The notes: a model not told the origin generated them from the letters alone. A stretch of DNA of 64,000 nt from a bacterium (GCA_013360215.1 JABWCP010000001.1:24193-88192), one strand, 5' to 3'. Counted from the first letter of the stretch, positions 50,197-59,732 are shown. Made by a program: numbers and translations.

Positions 50197-50975
50197 TACA
50201 GTACCTTATCTATTTTTCCTTTTAGGAATTTATTCAACATTTCACGCGCTCGAAAAATCCGCGCTTTTACTGTCCCGATCGGTATGTTGAGCATTTCAGA
50301 AATTTCTTCATACGATAATTCTTCCGAATGCCTTAAAAATATAACCCGTTTGTATTTTTCCGGTAATTCGTCGATCGCACCCTTGATCATTTGCGTTCTC
50401 TCGTTACGCATCATTTCTTTTTCGGGGTGATACGTAAGATCGGGTATCTCAATCTGATACTCAGAATCCTTATATTGTACCGGTGCATCAATCGAATACG
50501 TCTGCAACTTTTTCTTGCGAAGGTGGTCTATACAGTTATTGGTTGCAATTTTGTATAACCATGTGCTGAATGCATATTCGTAATTAAAATTACTTAATGA
50601 GGTAAAAGCCTTCATAAATGCTTCCTGCACCAAGTCCTCGGCTTCCTCGGATTTATGTACCATACGATACATCAAACCGAATATCTGAGGACGATACCTA
50701 TTCATCAGCAGTTCGAATGCTTTTTGATCGCCACCGACGGCCCGAGCTATGAACTCAAAATCTTCTTTTTTCTGCTTTTCACGCTTTTCCAAAAGAAGCC
50801 GATTGGGATCCTCCGGCGTTAACGGCACATCAAGATCCAAATCATCGTCAAGTTTTGGCTTGGACGGTGGTTGCTCAGAAACCACTGATTGTAGCGGGGT
50901 TTTCAAAGAGCGTTGAACCGGCTTACGCTTGGCTTTCGCAGTCGGTTTATTTTTCTTTATTGCGCGCTTGGCCAT
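50196..50975 (-). CDS. ECF RNA polymerase sigma factor (RpoE/SigW-like) with N-terminal extension
   Basis: GDQKAFELL, AEDLVQEAF, FSTWLYKIATN..ID.LRK, LSYEEI...IPIGTVKARIFRAR. Confidence 0.92.
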   Translation of the reverse strand: MAKRAIKKNKPTAKAKRKPVQRSLKTPLQSVVSEQPPSKPKLDDDLDLDVPLTPEDPNRLLLEKREKQKKEDFEFIARAVGGDQKAFELLMNRYRPQIFGLMYRMVHKSEEAEDLVQEAFMKAFTSLSNFNYEYAFSTWLYKIATNNCIDHLRKKKLQTYSIDAPVQYKDSEYQIEIPDLTYHPEKEMMRNERTQMIKGAIDELPEKYKRVIFLRHSEELSYEEISEMLNIPIGTVKARIFRAREMLNKFLKGKIDKVL

Positions 50976-50992
50976 TTCCAAACCAATAGTGA

Positions 50993-51018
50993 TACGTTAA
51001 ATGTTTATTCTAAGTTTC
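50993..51018 (-). promoter_or_regulatory. Putative ECF-sigma autoregulatory promoter
   Basis: Minus strand GAAACT-N16-CGTA, ending 17 bp before the sigma factor ATG. Confidence 0.55.
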
Positions 51019-52351
51019 GATTATTTTCGATTTCTTTTAAACCGTGTTTATCCAGAACGCCGTAAATTAAGGGTTTTTTATCCGGTGCATTATACTCTAT
51101 TTTATAAGCACTCTGTATTCGATGCGCGACCGTTTTTCCATCCACGCGGGGTGAATGATAAATTTCGGCAATGAGGTCATTGGCTTTGACGGCATCACCC
51201 ACTTTTTTCTTTATAACTATACCGGCTGTCGGGTCAATCGTATCTTCTTTTTTACTGCGACCGGCACCGATCGCAACCGACGCTAAACCGATCTGCAATG
51301 TATCCGTCGCCGTGACAAATCCGTCCGTTTGAGCATACACCGGAGTTTTGCATTCGGCTTCAGGATACGTTTCAGGCCGGTCAATATAGGATAAATTACC
51401 GCCATGTACACGCACGATTTCACGAAATTTATCAAATGCTTTGCCGTTATTCAAATTATCTTTACACCGCGCATAGGCTTCGTCATACGTCATACCGGGA
51501 TTAGCAAACATGAGCATATACGCCGTTTGCGCTAATGTCAGTTGAATAATATCCTGCGGGCCGCCGCCGCGTAAAACATCCAGCGATTCACGCACTTCCA
51601 GCCAATTGCCAATTCCCTCGCCGAGTGGTTCATCCATATTGGTAAGTAACGCCACAACCGATTTGCCGGCCGATTCACCGATAGATACCAAGTGTTGTGC
51701 CAGATTGACGGCGTCATCAAAGTGCCGCATAAAAGCGCCATTGCCCACTTTGACATCCAGTACAAGTGCGTCTATGCCTTCTGCTAGTTTCTTGCTCATA
51801 ATACTTGCCGAAATCAGCGGTATAGATTCTACGGTCGCTGTCACGTCACGCAGCGCGTATAGTTTTTTATCGGCTGGAGCAATTTCCGCCGTTTGACCGA
51901 TCATGCAAACTCCGATGGATCGCAGTACGTTTATGAATTTTTCCATCGAAAAAAAAATATCGAATCCGGTTATGGATTCAAGTTTATCCAATGTACCCCC
52001 CGTATGACCAAGACCGCGACCACTGATCATCGGCACGACAACGCCCAGCGAAGCTGCCAGTGGAGCAAGTATCAAAGAAATTTTATCGCCGACGCCGCCG
52101 GTACTGTGTTTGTCTACTTTGATACCCGGTATGGACGATAAATCAACAACCACTCCGGAATCCCGCATTGCCAAAGTCAGGTCCGTCGTTTCACGGAATG
52201 TCATTCCGTTAAAAAAAACGCTCATCAGCCATGCGGACATCTGATAATCGGGAATTTCGCCGTCGGTATACGACCGTATAAGCCACCGAATTTCATCGCC
52301 GGACAACTCCTGGCGATTTCTTTTTTTCATTATGATTTCATATGGCGACAT
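51005..52351 (-). CDS. pdp: Pyrimidine-nucleoside (thymidine) phosphorylase
   Basis: IPDYQMSAWLM, VDKHSTGGVGDK, SGRGLGHTGGTLDKLE, YALRDVTATV, SIMSKK, LDVK.G.GAFM. Confidence 0.95.
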   Translation of the reverse strand: MSPYEIIMKKRNRQELSGDEIRWLIRSYTDGEIPDYQMSAWLMSVFFNGMTFRETTDLTLAMRDSGVVVDLSSIPGIKVDKHSTGGVGDKISLILAPLAASLGVVVPMISGRGLGHTGGTLDKLESITGFDIFFSMEKFINVLRSIGVCMIGQTAEIAPADKKLYALRDVTATVESIPLISASIMSKKLAEGIDALVLDVKVGNGAFMRHFDDAVNLAQHLVSIGESAGKSVVALLTNMDEPLGEGIGNWLEVRESLDVLRGGGPQDIIQLTLAQTAYMLMFANPGMTYDEAYARCKDNLNNGKAFDKFREIVRVHGGNLSYIDRPETYPEAECKTPVYAQTDGFVTATDTLQIGLASVAIGAGRSKKEDTIDPTAGIVIKKKVGDAVKANDLIAEIYHSPRVDGKTVAHRIQSAYKIEYNAPDKKPLIYGVLDKHGLKEIENNRNLE

Positions 52352-53105
52352 AGTTTTTCTTTCTTAAAACAAAATGAACGCGCTCCGATGCCTCACTTCC
52401 GTCCGTAAAACCAAGATTGGCTAATTGCGCAACGCAGGTAAATGGTGATGCACGGATTATCGCATGGATTTCATCCAAAGAATAAATTCGTTGTTGATGG
52501 GTTTCATGAAACAAGGTTCCGTTTATTTCTGCTTCGATTTCGTTAAATTGTGTTCGGGAAACGCGATCATAGTAACTGCGGCGTTTGTAATGATGCGTTC
52601 GATCCAGTTCATACCTCTGATCGAAGTGATCAAGTGAGTTTTTTTCAGTACAGACATCAAAAATAAAAACACCACGGTCCGTGATACACTCAGAAACATG
52701 ATTAAAGAAATTCAGGATATCTTCAGCTTTCATCAGATAATTAACACTGTCATATAGGCAAAGCGCGGCATCGCATTCGACAGTAGGCTTGAAAGAAAGC
52801 ATATCGCCAGTAAAAAATTGCATCTTATCCGATTGAGCAACGGGTTTTTTACGTGCGGTCATGATCATGGTTTCAGACCGATCGCTGCATATCATCGTAT
52901 AAGGAAACGCGGCCATCGCTGCGGCAAAATTACCGGTTCCGCAGGCAAATTCACAGACGGTTGATATACCAGACCCGTAACGCTCGAATATTTGATGAAT
53001 AAATGACGACCATGTCCGGTAATCCACATGCTCCATCATGCCGTCATAAAAATCTGCAAGCATAGAATACGGAGGTACATTCTTTTTTTCAAGAAAAGGC
53101 TGCAT
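52338..53105 (-). CDS. Class I SAM-dependent methyltransferase
   Basis: Y..LA.FYD, EFACGTG, D.S..M, GDM, CLYDSVNY, GVFIFDV. Confidence 0.88.
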   Translation of the reverse strand: MQPFLEKKNVPPYSMLADFYDGMMEHVDYRTWSSFIHQIFERYGSGISTVCEFACGTGNFAAAMAAFPYTMICSDRSETMIMTARKKPVAQSDKMQFFTGDMLSFKPTVECDAALCLYDSVNYLMKAEDILNFFNHVSECITDRGVFIFDVCTEKNSLDHFDQRYELDRTHHYKRRSYYDRVSRTQFNEIEAEINGTLFHETHQQRIYSLDEIHAIIRASPFTCVAQLANLGFTDGSEASERVHFVLRKKNYVAI

Positions 53106-53751
53106 GCGCCATCACTTTCAGTGAAAATAAGTCCGGAATTACAACATCCGCTTCATTCAAATATTTTTGATCTAGGGTCGTCGTCAGTGCGATACACGCC
53201 ATCTTCGCTTTTTTGGCTGCAGTTACTCCCAAAGGTGCGTTTTCTATCACAATGCACCGTTCGGGTGATACGGAAAGCCTCGTCGCCGCTGTCGTGTAGG
53301 GCTCCGGATCAGGTTTGGTTTTCATAACGTCATCAGCCGTTATGATGACTTCAAATCGTTTTGTAAAATCCGGCCCCACTGTTTTATAAAAACGGTCCCG
53401 ATGCGCTCCGGTAACCAATCCGGTTTTCAGACCTTGTTTGCGAAACCATTCGATCAAGTCCTCAGCCCCATCGTAAAGCTTAGGTTTTGCCGTATTCAGG
53501 TATAAATTATTCTTCTTCTTTCCAATCTCCTGACCATATTTAATATCCACGCCGTGGTTCATACATAATTGTTCGGCTATTACAAAAAGGCTTTGGCCTT
53601 CGAGTAAACAAAATTCGTCCCAGTTTATGGAAACGCCGTATTCAGAAAAAACACTATTCCAAGAGCGATGGTGATCGCCAATACTATCCATGAGTACGCC
53701 GTCAAAATCAAAGAGTACGGCTGAAAATTCCTGTAAACGTAAGTTTGACAT
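53089..53751 (-). CDS. HAD family phosphatase (beta-phosphoglucomutase-like)
   Basis: FDFDGVLMDS, KPDPEPY, IENAPLG..AA. Confidence 0.88.
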   Translation of the reverse strand: MSNLRLQEFSAVLFDFDGVLMDSIGDHHRSWNSVFSEYGVSINWDEFCLLEGQSLFVIAEQLCMNHGVDIKYGQEIGKKKNNLYLNTAKPKLYDGAEDLIEWFRKQGLKTGLVTGAHRDRFYKTVGPDFTKRFEVIITADDVMKTKPDPEPYTTAATRLSVSPERCIVIENAPLGVTAAKKAKMACIALTTTLDQKYLNEADVVIPDLFSLKVMAHAAFS

Positions 53752-54459
53752 CTATCGTTTTTTCATTCTGCGATGATATCGCATTTCTAATTCTTCCGGT
53801 GAAGCACCCAGCAAACGAAAACGAATAATCACTTCCGCCGCGATACATATGCGCTTGACGATACCGGAAGAAAAATATCGGCGCGACGAAACGATAACCG
53901 GATCTTTTATGATAATCATTCGCCCTGCCTTTTTCATTGCATCACAAAATATCACATCTTCCAACAAAGACACTTGTTTAAATCCGCCAAGCTGATGAAA
54001 TACGCTTGATCGGACAAAGATCGCATTGGTACCAACGAGATTACGCAACCAAAGTGTGCGGATCGTATTGATGAGGATACGGTACAATCGCATGAGCATA
54101 TTTTCGGGATTATATTTTTTTTGAAATCCGCCGCCGATGCATTGGGGATCGCTCAGAAATTGTTCGACGGATTTAAACGCATCCGGAGGAAGTTGGCAAT
54201 CTACATGCAAAAAGAGCAGTACCTCACCTTTAGCGGCTTGGGCTCCCCGATTAAGTTGGTTCGCTCGCCCTTTATCACCCGATACGACGGTGCACGGAAA
54301 AGATAAATTTTTCAAATCACTTACACGTTCGAGCGTTCCATCTGTACTGCCACCGTCGGAAACGATAACTTCGAATACGCCGGTCTGATGTTTCAGTTGT
54401 TCAATACAATGGGTTATCCACTGGCCTTCATTGAGGACAGGTATGATGACAGAGATCAT
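53752..54459 (-). CDS. GT2 glycosyltransferase, TIGR04283-like
   Basis: ISVIIP.LNE, DGGSTDGT, GRA.Q.NRGA, LLFLH.D, LEDV, SSRRY. Confidence 0.82.
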   Translation of the reverse strand: MISVIIPVLNEGQWITHCIEQLKHQTGVFEVIVSDGGSTDGTLERVSDLKNLSFPCTVVSGDKGRANQLNRGAQAAKGEVLLFLHVDCQLPPDAFKSVEQFLSDPQCIGGGFQKKYNPENMLMRLYRILINTIRTLWLRNLVGTNAIFVRSSVFHQLGGFKQVSLLEDVIFCDAMKKAGRMIIIKDPVIVSSRRYFSSGIVKRICIAAEVIIRFRLLGASPEELEMRYHRRMKKR

Positions 54460-55580
54460 CCCGGAGAATTTCCGTTTTGTTGGAGACCAAGACGTTGATT
54501 GACAGCATCCATTTGTCGCTGTTTGTATTTACTATGGCTGCCCTCGCCGATCTCATTATTCTGGTACGTCATCTGGTCCATGATCTGTATTTCGACCGGC
54601 ACAAAAATAATACGGCCAAATTCGGAAAAATCCGGTGTGTATAAAAAATCATCCACCCGTATCGGTATATCCATAACGATATTGATGGAACGATAGCTTG
54701 TGCTTGAAAATTTATTTTCTTTGGATACTTCATCCGGATCAAAACCGTGCGTATCTTTTCGTCTGAGAAATTTTGCGTACGATCTCAGATTGGGAAACAT
54801 CTCAACGAGCTCTGCAAAGGCAATCAGATTATTATGCGAACTCCCCGGAATAACATAATTAAACGGACAAATCGTGCGGCCTAAAAAATACAATACCGGC
54901 AGTATGTCTTCGAGCGTCTGAGTAATGATACGAAAGCGGATACGGTCATAGATAGCCGCCGCATGATTTTCTTTCTTGGCCATCAGTTTGGTAACCATGC
55001 TCATCTTGTCTTTATGGCTTCCGTAAAAATCAACGATATGAAATTCGTTATTTTTCATCGTCGTAACGGCATGTTCCACTTTCCGTTCGACGGCAAAATA
55101 AAGATCCGAAGCCCGCATCTGGCACCGGTGGAAAAGTTCGCGCGCATCCAGGTGGTTGATCGTATGCATGATCTTGAGGACCATACACGCATAAAATTGA
55201 TGTTTATTTTTTCGTGCGGACTGTGAAGCGAGATACAGAAGTTGTTCGATGGTGGCCGATTCCGGTCGGATTTCTTTGGGTATACGATGCGGGTATTTAC
55301 TGTCGAGATATTCGACCGCTTCGCGATGAATTTTTTCAATACGTTTGTGGTCCTGCACATTGGTAAGATCGTAGCCGTTGACTTGTAAAAAAAGCTGAAC
55401 CTGATCCGGTGTATGAAAATCTAGACGGAACCAATCAATCACCGAATCTCCGTTGAGTACCAGCCGAATGGCTTCGAGATCACTCAAACGCATATCGCTG
55501 AGATAGAGTATCTCCTGCGGAGAAAAAATATTTTTCACCGGCGGAACATACAACGGCGCTTTTTTCTTGGGATCAATCAT
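54456..55580 (-). CDS. TIGR04552-like protein; RelA/SpoT-type nucleotidyltransferase fold
   Basis: G.SVIDW, K...S.VTKL.AK.E..AA.IYD..RFRI.T, PFNYVIP..S.N, N.FS...YR.IN...DIP.R, EIQI, SH..YK.RQ. ATG 55580 overlaps the PHP stop. Confidence 0.8.
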   Translation of the reverse strand: MIDPKKKAPLYVPPVKNIFSPQEILYLSDMRLSDLEAIRLVLNGDSVIDWFRLDFHTPDQVQLFLQVNGYDLTNVQDHKRIEKIHREAVEYLDSKYPHRIPKEIRPESATIEQLLYLASQSARKNKHQFYACMVLKIMHTINHLDARELFHRCQMRASDLYFAVERKVEHAVTTMKNNEFHIVDFYGSHKDKMSMVTKLMAKKENHAAAIYDRIRFRIITQTLEDILPVLYFLGRTICPFNYVIPGSSHNNLIAFAELVEMFPNLRSYAKFLRRKDTHGFDPDEVSKENKFSSTSYRSINIVMDIPIRVDDFLYTPDFSEFGRIIFVPVEIQIMDQMTYQNNEIGEGSHSKYKQRQMDAVNQRLGLQQNGNSPG

Positions 55581-56428
55581 GCGTTTACTTTGCGCAAAGC
55601 TTGTGCGCGATCCTTGAGTCGCTGGACGACGGAATACGGGACACGGTACTGACCTATGAGCGGCACTTGCCCTCGCCCGTGGCAATCGGAACCGCCGCTT
55701 TCTTCGAGTCCGTATTGTACAGTAAGGCGTCGGTAATATGCGGTCGAATCGGCCGTATGTTTGGGATGAATGCACTCGATTCCGTGGATACCGGCTTTGA
55801 TCATATCATAGACATGCGTTTCTTTCATATTAAGCGTAGGATGCGCCAAAACGGCTACACCCCCGGCCTTTTCGATGAGCTCGACGGCAAAACGCGGTGA
55901 AATTTTATATTTATCCTCATAGGCTGTACCGTCAGGGCCGAGAAACCGCGCAAAAACATCGTTGATATTGTACGCCAATTTTTTGGATAACATCACATCG
56001 GCAATGTGCGGTCTGCCGATCACACCGCGACCGGCTTTCATTTCGACTTCTTCGATCGTAATCTCCATGCCTTGTTTTTGAAGACGGTCAATAATACGTA
56101 TGGCCCGGTGGCGCCGCTCATCTCGGTAAAGCTGCAGTTGCGCATCCAATGCCGCATCGGTGTGATCAAAACAATATCCCAAAACGTGAATATCGCGTCC
56201 ATCCCAAGTCGTGCTGAGTTCTATGCCGGTCAGGACTTCCACATTATGTTTATTCCCCGCTTCTGTGGCTTCATCCACGGCCTTCACCGTGTCATGATCG
56301 GTGATCGCTATACAGTTCAGGCCGATTTTGGCGGCGTACTTTACAATGGCTTCCGGCGATAATATGCCATCCGAATAATAGGAATGCATATGCAGATCGG
56401 CCCAAAGTTCGGACGTTTTTTCGATCAT
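55577..56428 (-). CDS. PHP-domain phosphoesterase (TrpH/YciV-like)
   Basis: DLHMHS..SDG, AITDHDT, GIELS, HVLGY, GRPHIA, LAHP, GGSDCHG. Confidence 0.92.
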   Translation of the reverse strand: MIEKTSELWADLHMHSYYSDGILSPEAIVKYAAKIGLNCIAITDHDTVKAVDEATEAGNKHNVEVLTGIELSTTWDGRDIHVLGYCFDHTDAALDAQLQLYRDERRHRAIRIIDRLQKQGMEITIEEVEMKAGRGVIGRPHIADVMLSKKLAYNINDVFARFLGPDGTAYEDKYKISPRFAVELIEKAGGVAVLAHPTLNMKETHVYDMIKAGIHGIECIHPKHTADSTAYYRRLTVQYGLEESGGSDCHGRGQVPLIGQYRVPYSVVQRLKDRAQALRKVNA

Positions 56429-56434
56429 AAATCC

Positions 56435-57526
56435 TTAGAGTAATTCCGATAATAGCGGCGCTTGTTTTTTAAAAGCCATCCGAAGTCCGCCGAGATTGAC
56501 TTCCGGTTCGCATAAGACAAATAACCATTCTTTGCGACCGGGCACTGGCGCCATGAAAATGGTTTTCTTATTGAAATCAAGAGTGATAAAACGAAGCCCT
56601 TCGCCTTTCAGTTCCGTATCCACTTTCAGCAGATATTCCAAGCCTGGTGGAATGATCGTACTCAGAAGCGTGATATCCATACGCTCTTCTTTTTTTTCAT
56701 TAAAAAGCGACGCTCTCGAAAACCCGGCATCATCGATCACAGCTACCAGATCCACACCTTTGATTTTGATAAACTCCGCTATAGATGACTTTATTTTTTC
56801 GAGCATCTCCTGACGCGATTCTTCTTTGATCTGCGTTTTCGTCTCGGGCGAATATTCATCTTTGCGGCGCATTCCTTCCAATAAAAGACTTTGCCACCCT
56901 TTATCTATAGTCTCTTTTTCGGGATCTTCACCTTTACGAAATTCAAAACGTCCGTTTTCCCATGCCAATATTTTATAAAACGCTTCTTCGCCGATCAGCG
57001 TACCGCATTCGGCATGAACAATATTACCATCACTAAAGTATAATGTTCCCTTCTCTTCATCTTTGTTTACCACCAAGGCGGCTTTCATACGCCCGAGTAT
57101 ATTCATTTGGATAAGATCGGACAACTGAAAGTCGGAAACTTTACCGTCAAATCCTTTTTTCTCCGTCAGTGCACGGTGTATCAGCGTACGCAGCTCTTCG
57201 ATTTCAAACGGTTTTTCGATGTAGTACAACGAACCGCGATCCGTAGCTTCACGTTGAACTTCGGCGGAACCAAAGGCTGTCATAATGATAACCTTGGTTG
57301 TCGAATACGTTTCTTTGATTTTTACAAGCAGTTCCAACCCGGACATACCCGGCATTTTGATGTCGCTTACTACCAGATCCACAGGTAATTGGGAAAGAAC
57401 ATTAAGCGCCTCTTGAGCGTTATTGACACAGATCAGGTCAAAACTATCCTTGTCTTTAGATAAATTTTTGGAAATGCTCCACGTAAGGTCTTCTTCGTCG
57501 TCAACTATGAGTACTTTTTTTTGCAT
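56435..57526 (-). CDS. Response regulator REC + DUF4388 + Roadblock/LC7-like domain
   Basis: Canonical REC; DUF4388 pattern LSDLIQ...G.LYF.DG.IVHA...GEEAFY.IL.W..G.F...LLLEGMRR.DE; C-terminal IKGV..VAVID..G. Confidence 0.85.
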   Translation of the reverse strand: MQKKVLIVDDEEDLTWSISKNLSKDKDSFDLICVNNAQEALNVLSQLPVDLVVSDIKMPGMSGLELLVKIKETYSTTKVIIMTAFGSAEVQREATDRGSLYYIEKPFEIEELRTLIHRALTEKKGFDGKVSDFQLSDLIQMNILGRMKAALVVNKDEEKGTLYFSDGNIVHAECGTLIGEEAFYKILAWENGRFEFRKGEDPEKETIDKGWQSLLLEGMRRKDEYSPETKTQIKEESRQEMLEKIKSSIAEFIKIKGVDLVAVIDDAGFSRASLFNEKKEERMDITLLSTIIPPGLEYLLKVDTELKGEGLRFITLDFNKKTIFMAPVPGRKEWLFVLCEPEVNLGGLRMAFKKQAPLLSELL

Positions 57527-57539
57527 ATGGATTTAACGG

Positions 57540-59654
57540 TTAGATGGTTGTTGTCAATGTATGCCGGTTTTCCAATATAGATTTTGATTTTTCTGCACAA
57601 GGTATGTGCATGATGAATGTTGTACCTTTACCCGGTACACTTTCCACTTTGATTTCACCTCCGTGCTCCTGCACGATACGATACACGATCGAAAGACCTA
57701 ACCCGATACCACCGGGTTTAGTCGTAAAAAAAGGATCAAAAATGGAACGAACTTGCTCTTGAGGAATACCTTTCCCCGTATCGCTGACGCGTATTTCCGC
57801 CATAGTTACCGGTAAATCATAGTTATTCAGCGGTGTACGCTGAACGGATTGAGCAAGGATCGCGATGCGCCCTCCTTGACCGATCGCATCCATAGCGTTC
57901 ATCATAAGATTAAGCATGACTTGCGAAAATTGATTTTCATCCACCTCGATGGGCACAAGTTTTTCGTCATACGCTTCGTGTATTTCGATGTGATCCGTCT
58001 CGGCACGCGCTTTCAAAAGAGCCTTGATTTCTTGTATCAGTTCCGGCAGTGCACAGGCTTTTTTCTCCGGGCGCACGGGTTTGGCATAGGTGAAAAAAGC
58101 TTTAAGCAAATCGTTGAGCCGGTTAATCTGTTTGATAATGCGATAAACATACTCATGGCGCGGGTCATCGGGCGGCAGTTCCTTTTGAAGGGCCTGTGCG
58201 ATGGTTTTAATGCCCGCCAAAGGGTTGCGAATTTCATGCGCAATGGCACTGGTCAATGCGCCCGATGCGGCGAGACGATCCATTCGCATGATCGTCTCAT
58301 GCATGGATTTGACCAGGGAAATATCTTTGAAACTGATAATATACCCTACCATGTTGTGGTCGACGTCGTAACGCATAGTGGTCGTAAAACCTAGAAAAAG
58401 GCGTGTACCGTCTTTTTGTCGAACCTGCACCTCCGCATTGCCCGGGGCGGATTCATTTTCTACCGTCGGATGAAGCATGCGTGAGGCCTCTTCGCGACCA
58501 AAAATTGTTTCCATTTTGTGATCGAGCAATTCGTTATCGGAATATCCTAAAATGGATTTGGCGGCACGATTGACAAATAAAATGCGCCCGGAAAAATCAG
58601 CCGTGATGATACCGGCGCTGACATTGTGCAAAATACTCTCATTAAAATTTTTCAAATCCACCAATGCATGCGTCGCCTGCCGAATTTGATCCTGCAAGTT
58701 ACGATTGAAATCCGACAACTTATTAAAAAGCTGCATATTCTCCATCGCTAAGGCGATTTGACCGGACACCGTCATGAGTAATGAAAGGTCGCCGTGTTCG
58801 AAACCCATCTGTGTTTTTTTATTGATGATCATCATCACCCCCATGAGCTGACCGCGTATGTATATGGGTGTACATATCGCTGCACGCAACGGATTGGGCG
58901 TCAGTGCATAAATCGCCGCGGGTATCCTTTCATCGCGAACGGCATCATTGACGATCATCGGCTTTTCATAACGCTCGATATATTCAAAAATCGAACCGCC
59001 ATGCGGTAATAACGTCCCGATGTGTTTTTCGGAAATATGAGATGACAATGTATGAATCGCCCAGTCCGATCCTTCCCGCGTTATGAGCAGAGCAACTTCG
59101 ACGCCAAACGCGGCCGTTATTTTATCAATAATTTCCGCTAATACGATTTTCTGTTCTTTGAGCGAAATAACAATCCGCGCTATGTCCGATAGAAGTTGCA
59201 GTTCGCGGGTACGTTCTTCTAATTTACGTTTTTCGGTTTCTTTTTCAGATATCAAATTTTCCAAACGATCGTGCAGATGCTTGATGCGCAAGAGGTTGAC
59301 GACACGCGACAACAGTTCGACACGATTGTACGGTTTCGTGATAAATTCGTCCGCACCCGCCTGTATCGCGCGATTGCGCGTTACTTTATCGGACATACCG
59401 GAAGCCAGCATCACCGGAATATGCCGCGTTCGTTCGCTCTCTTTAAGCAAACGGCACACCTGAAAGCCGTCCATCGCATACGTATCGGTAGCAATCAGCG
59501 CCAAATCATAATCGAGGCTTTTTACCTTATCGAGCACATCGTGGCCGTCATGTGCATGAACCAATGCATAATCGTTGGAGACGAGAATTTCCGTCAATGC
59601 GGACGCGGAGTCCGGATGCGGGTCACAAATTACGATAGTGGCTTTTTTCTTCAT
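57540..59654 (-). CDS. Hybrid sensor histidine kinase (pseudo-REC-GAF-PAS-HisKA-HATPase)
   Basis: H-box IAHEIRNPL, N-box NL..NA.DA, DTGKGI, FDPFFTTK, GLGL. GAF ends in QIALAMEN. PAS N.AA..ILGY. Confidence 0.93.
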   Translation of the reverse strand: MKKKATIVICDPHPDSASALTEILVSNDYALVHAHDGHDVLDKVKSLDYDLALIATDTYAMDGFQVCRLLKESERTRHIPVMLASGMSDKVTRNRAIQAGADEFITKPYNRVELLSRVVNLLRIKHLHDRLENLISEKETEKRKLEERTRELQLLSDIARIVISLKEQKIVLAEIIDKITAAFGVEVALLITREGSDWAIHTLSSHISEKHIGTLLPHGGSIFEYIERYEKPMIVNDAVRDERIPAAIYALTPNPLRAAICTPIYIRGQLMGVMMIINKKTQMGFEHGDLSLLMTVSGQIALAMENMQLFNKLSDFNRNLQDQIRQATHALVDLKNFNESILHNVSAGIITADFSGRILFVNRAAKSILGYSDNELLDHKMETIFGREEASRMLHPTVENESAPGNAEVQVRQKDGTRLFLGFTTTMRYDVDHNMVGYIISFKDISLVKSMHETIMRMDRLAASGALTSAIAHEIRNPLAGIKTIAQALQKELPPDDPRHEYVYRIIKQINRLNDLLKAFFTYAKPVRPEKKACALPELIQEIKALLKARAETDHIEIHEAYDEKLVPIEVDENQFSQVMLNLMMNAMDAIGQGGRIAILAQSVQRTPLNNYDLPVTMAEIRVSDTGKGIPQEQVRSIFDPFFTTKPGGIGLGLSIVYRIVQEHGGEIKVESVPGKGTTFIMHIPCAEKSKSILENRHTLTTTI

Positions 59655-59699
59655 ATGATTTATGCGCGGGCAATATACGGAAGCACCTTTTCAAAAGCC

Positions 59700-59732
59700 A
59701 AAAAAACAAAAGCCAACCGTAGGGCTGGCTTT
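59700..59732 (-). terminator. Intrinsic terminator after the crp-family gene
   Basis: Minus strand AAAGCCAGCC-CTAC-GGTTGGCTTT followed by TGTTTTTTT. Confidence 0.75.

Noticed and set aside
55581-55775. Arg-rich 65-aa N-terminal extension of the TIGR04552-like ORF
   Set aside because: Out-of-frame overlap with the PHP gene. The ATGA-coupled start at 55580 is more plausible.
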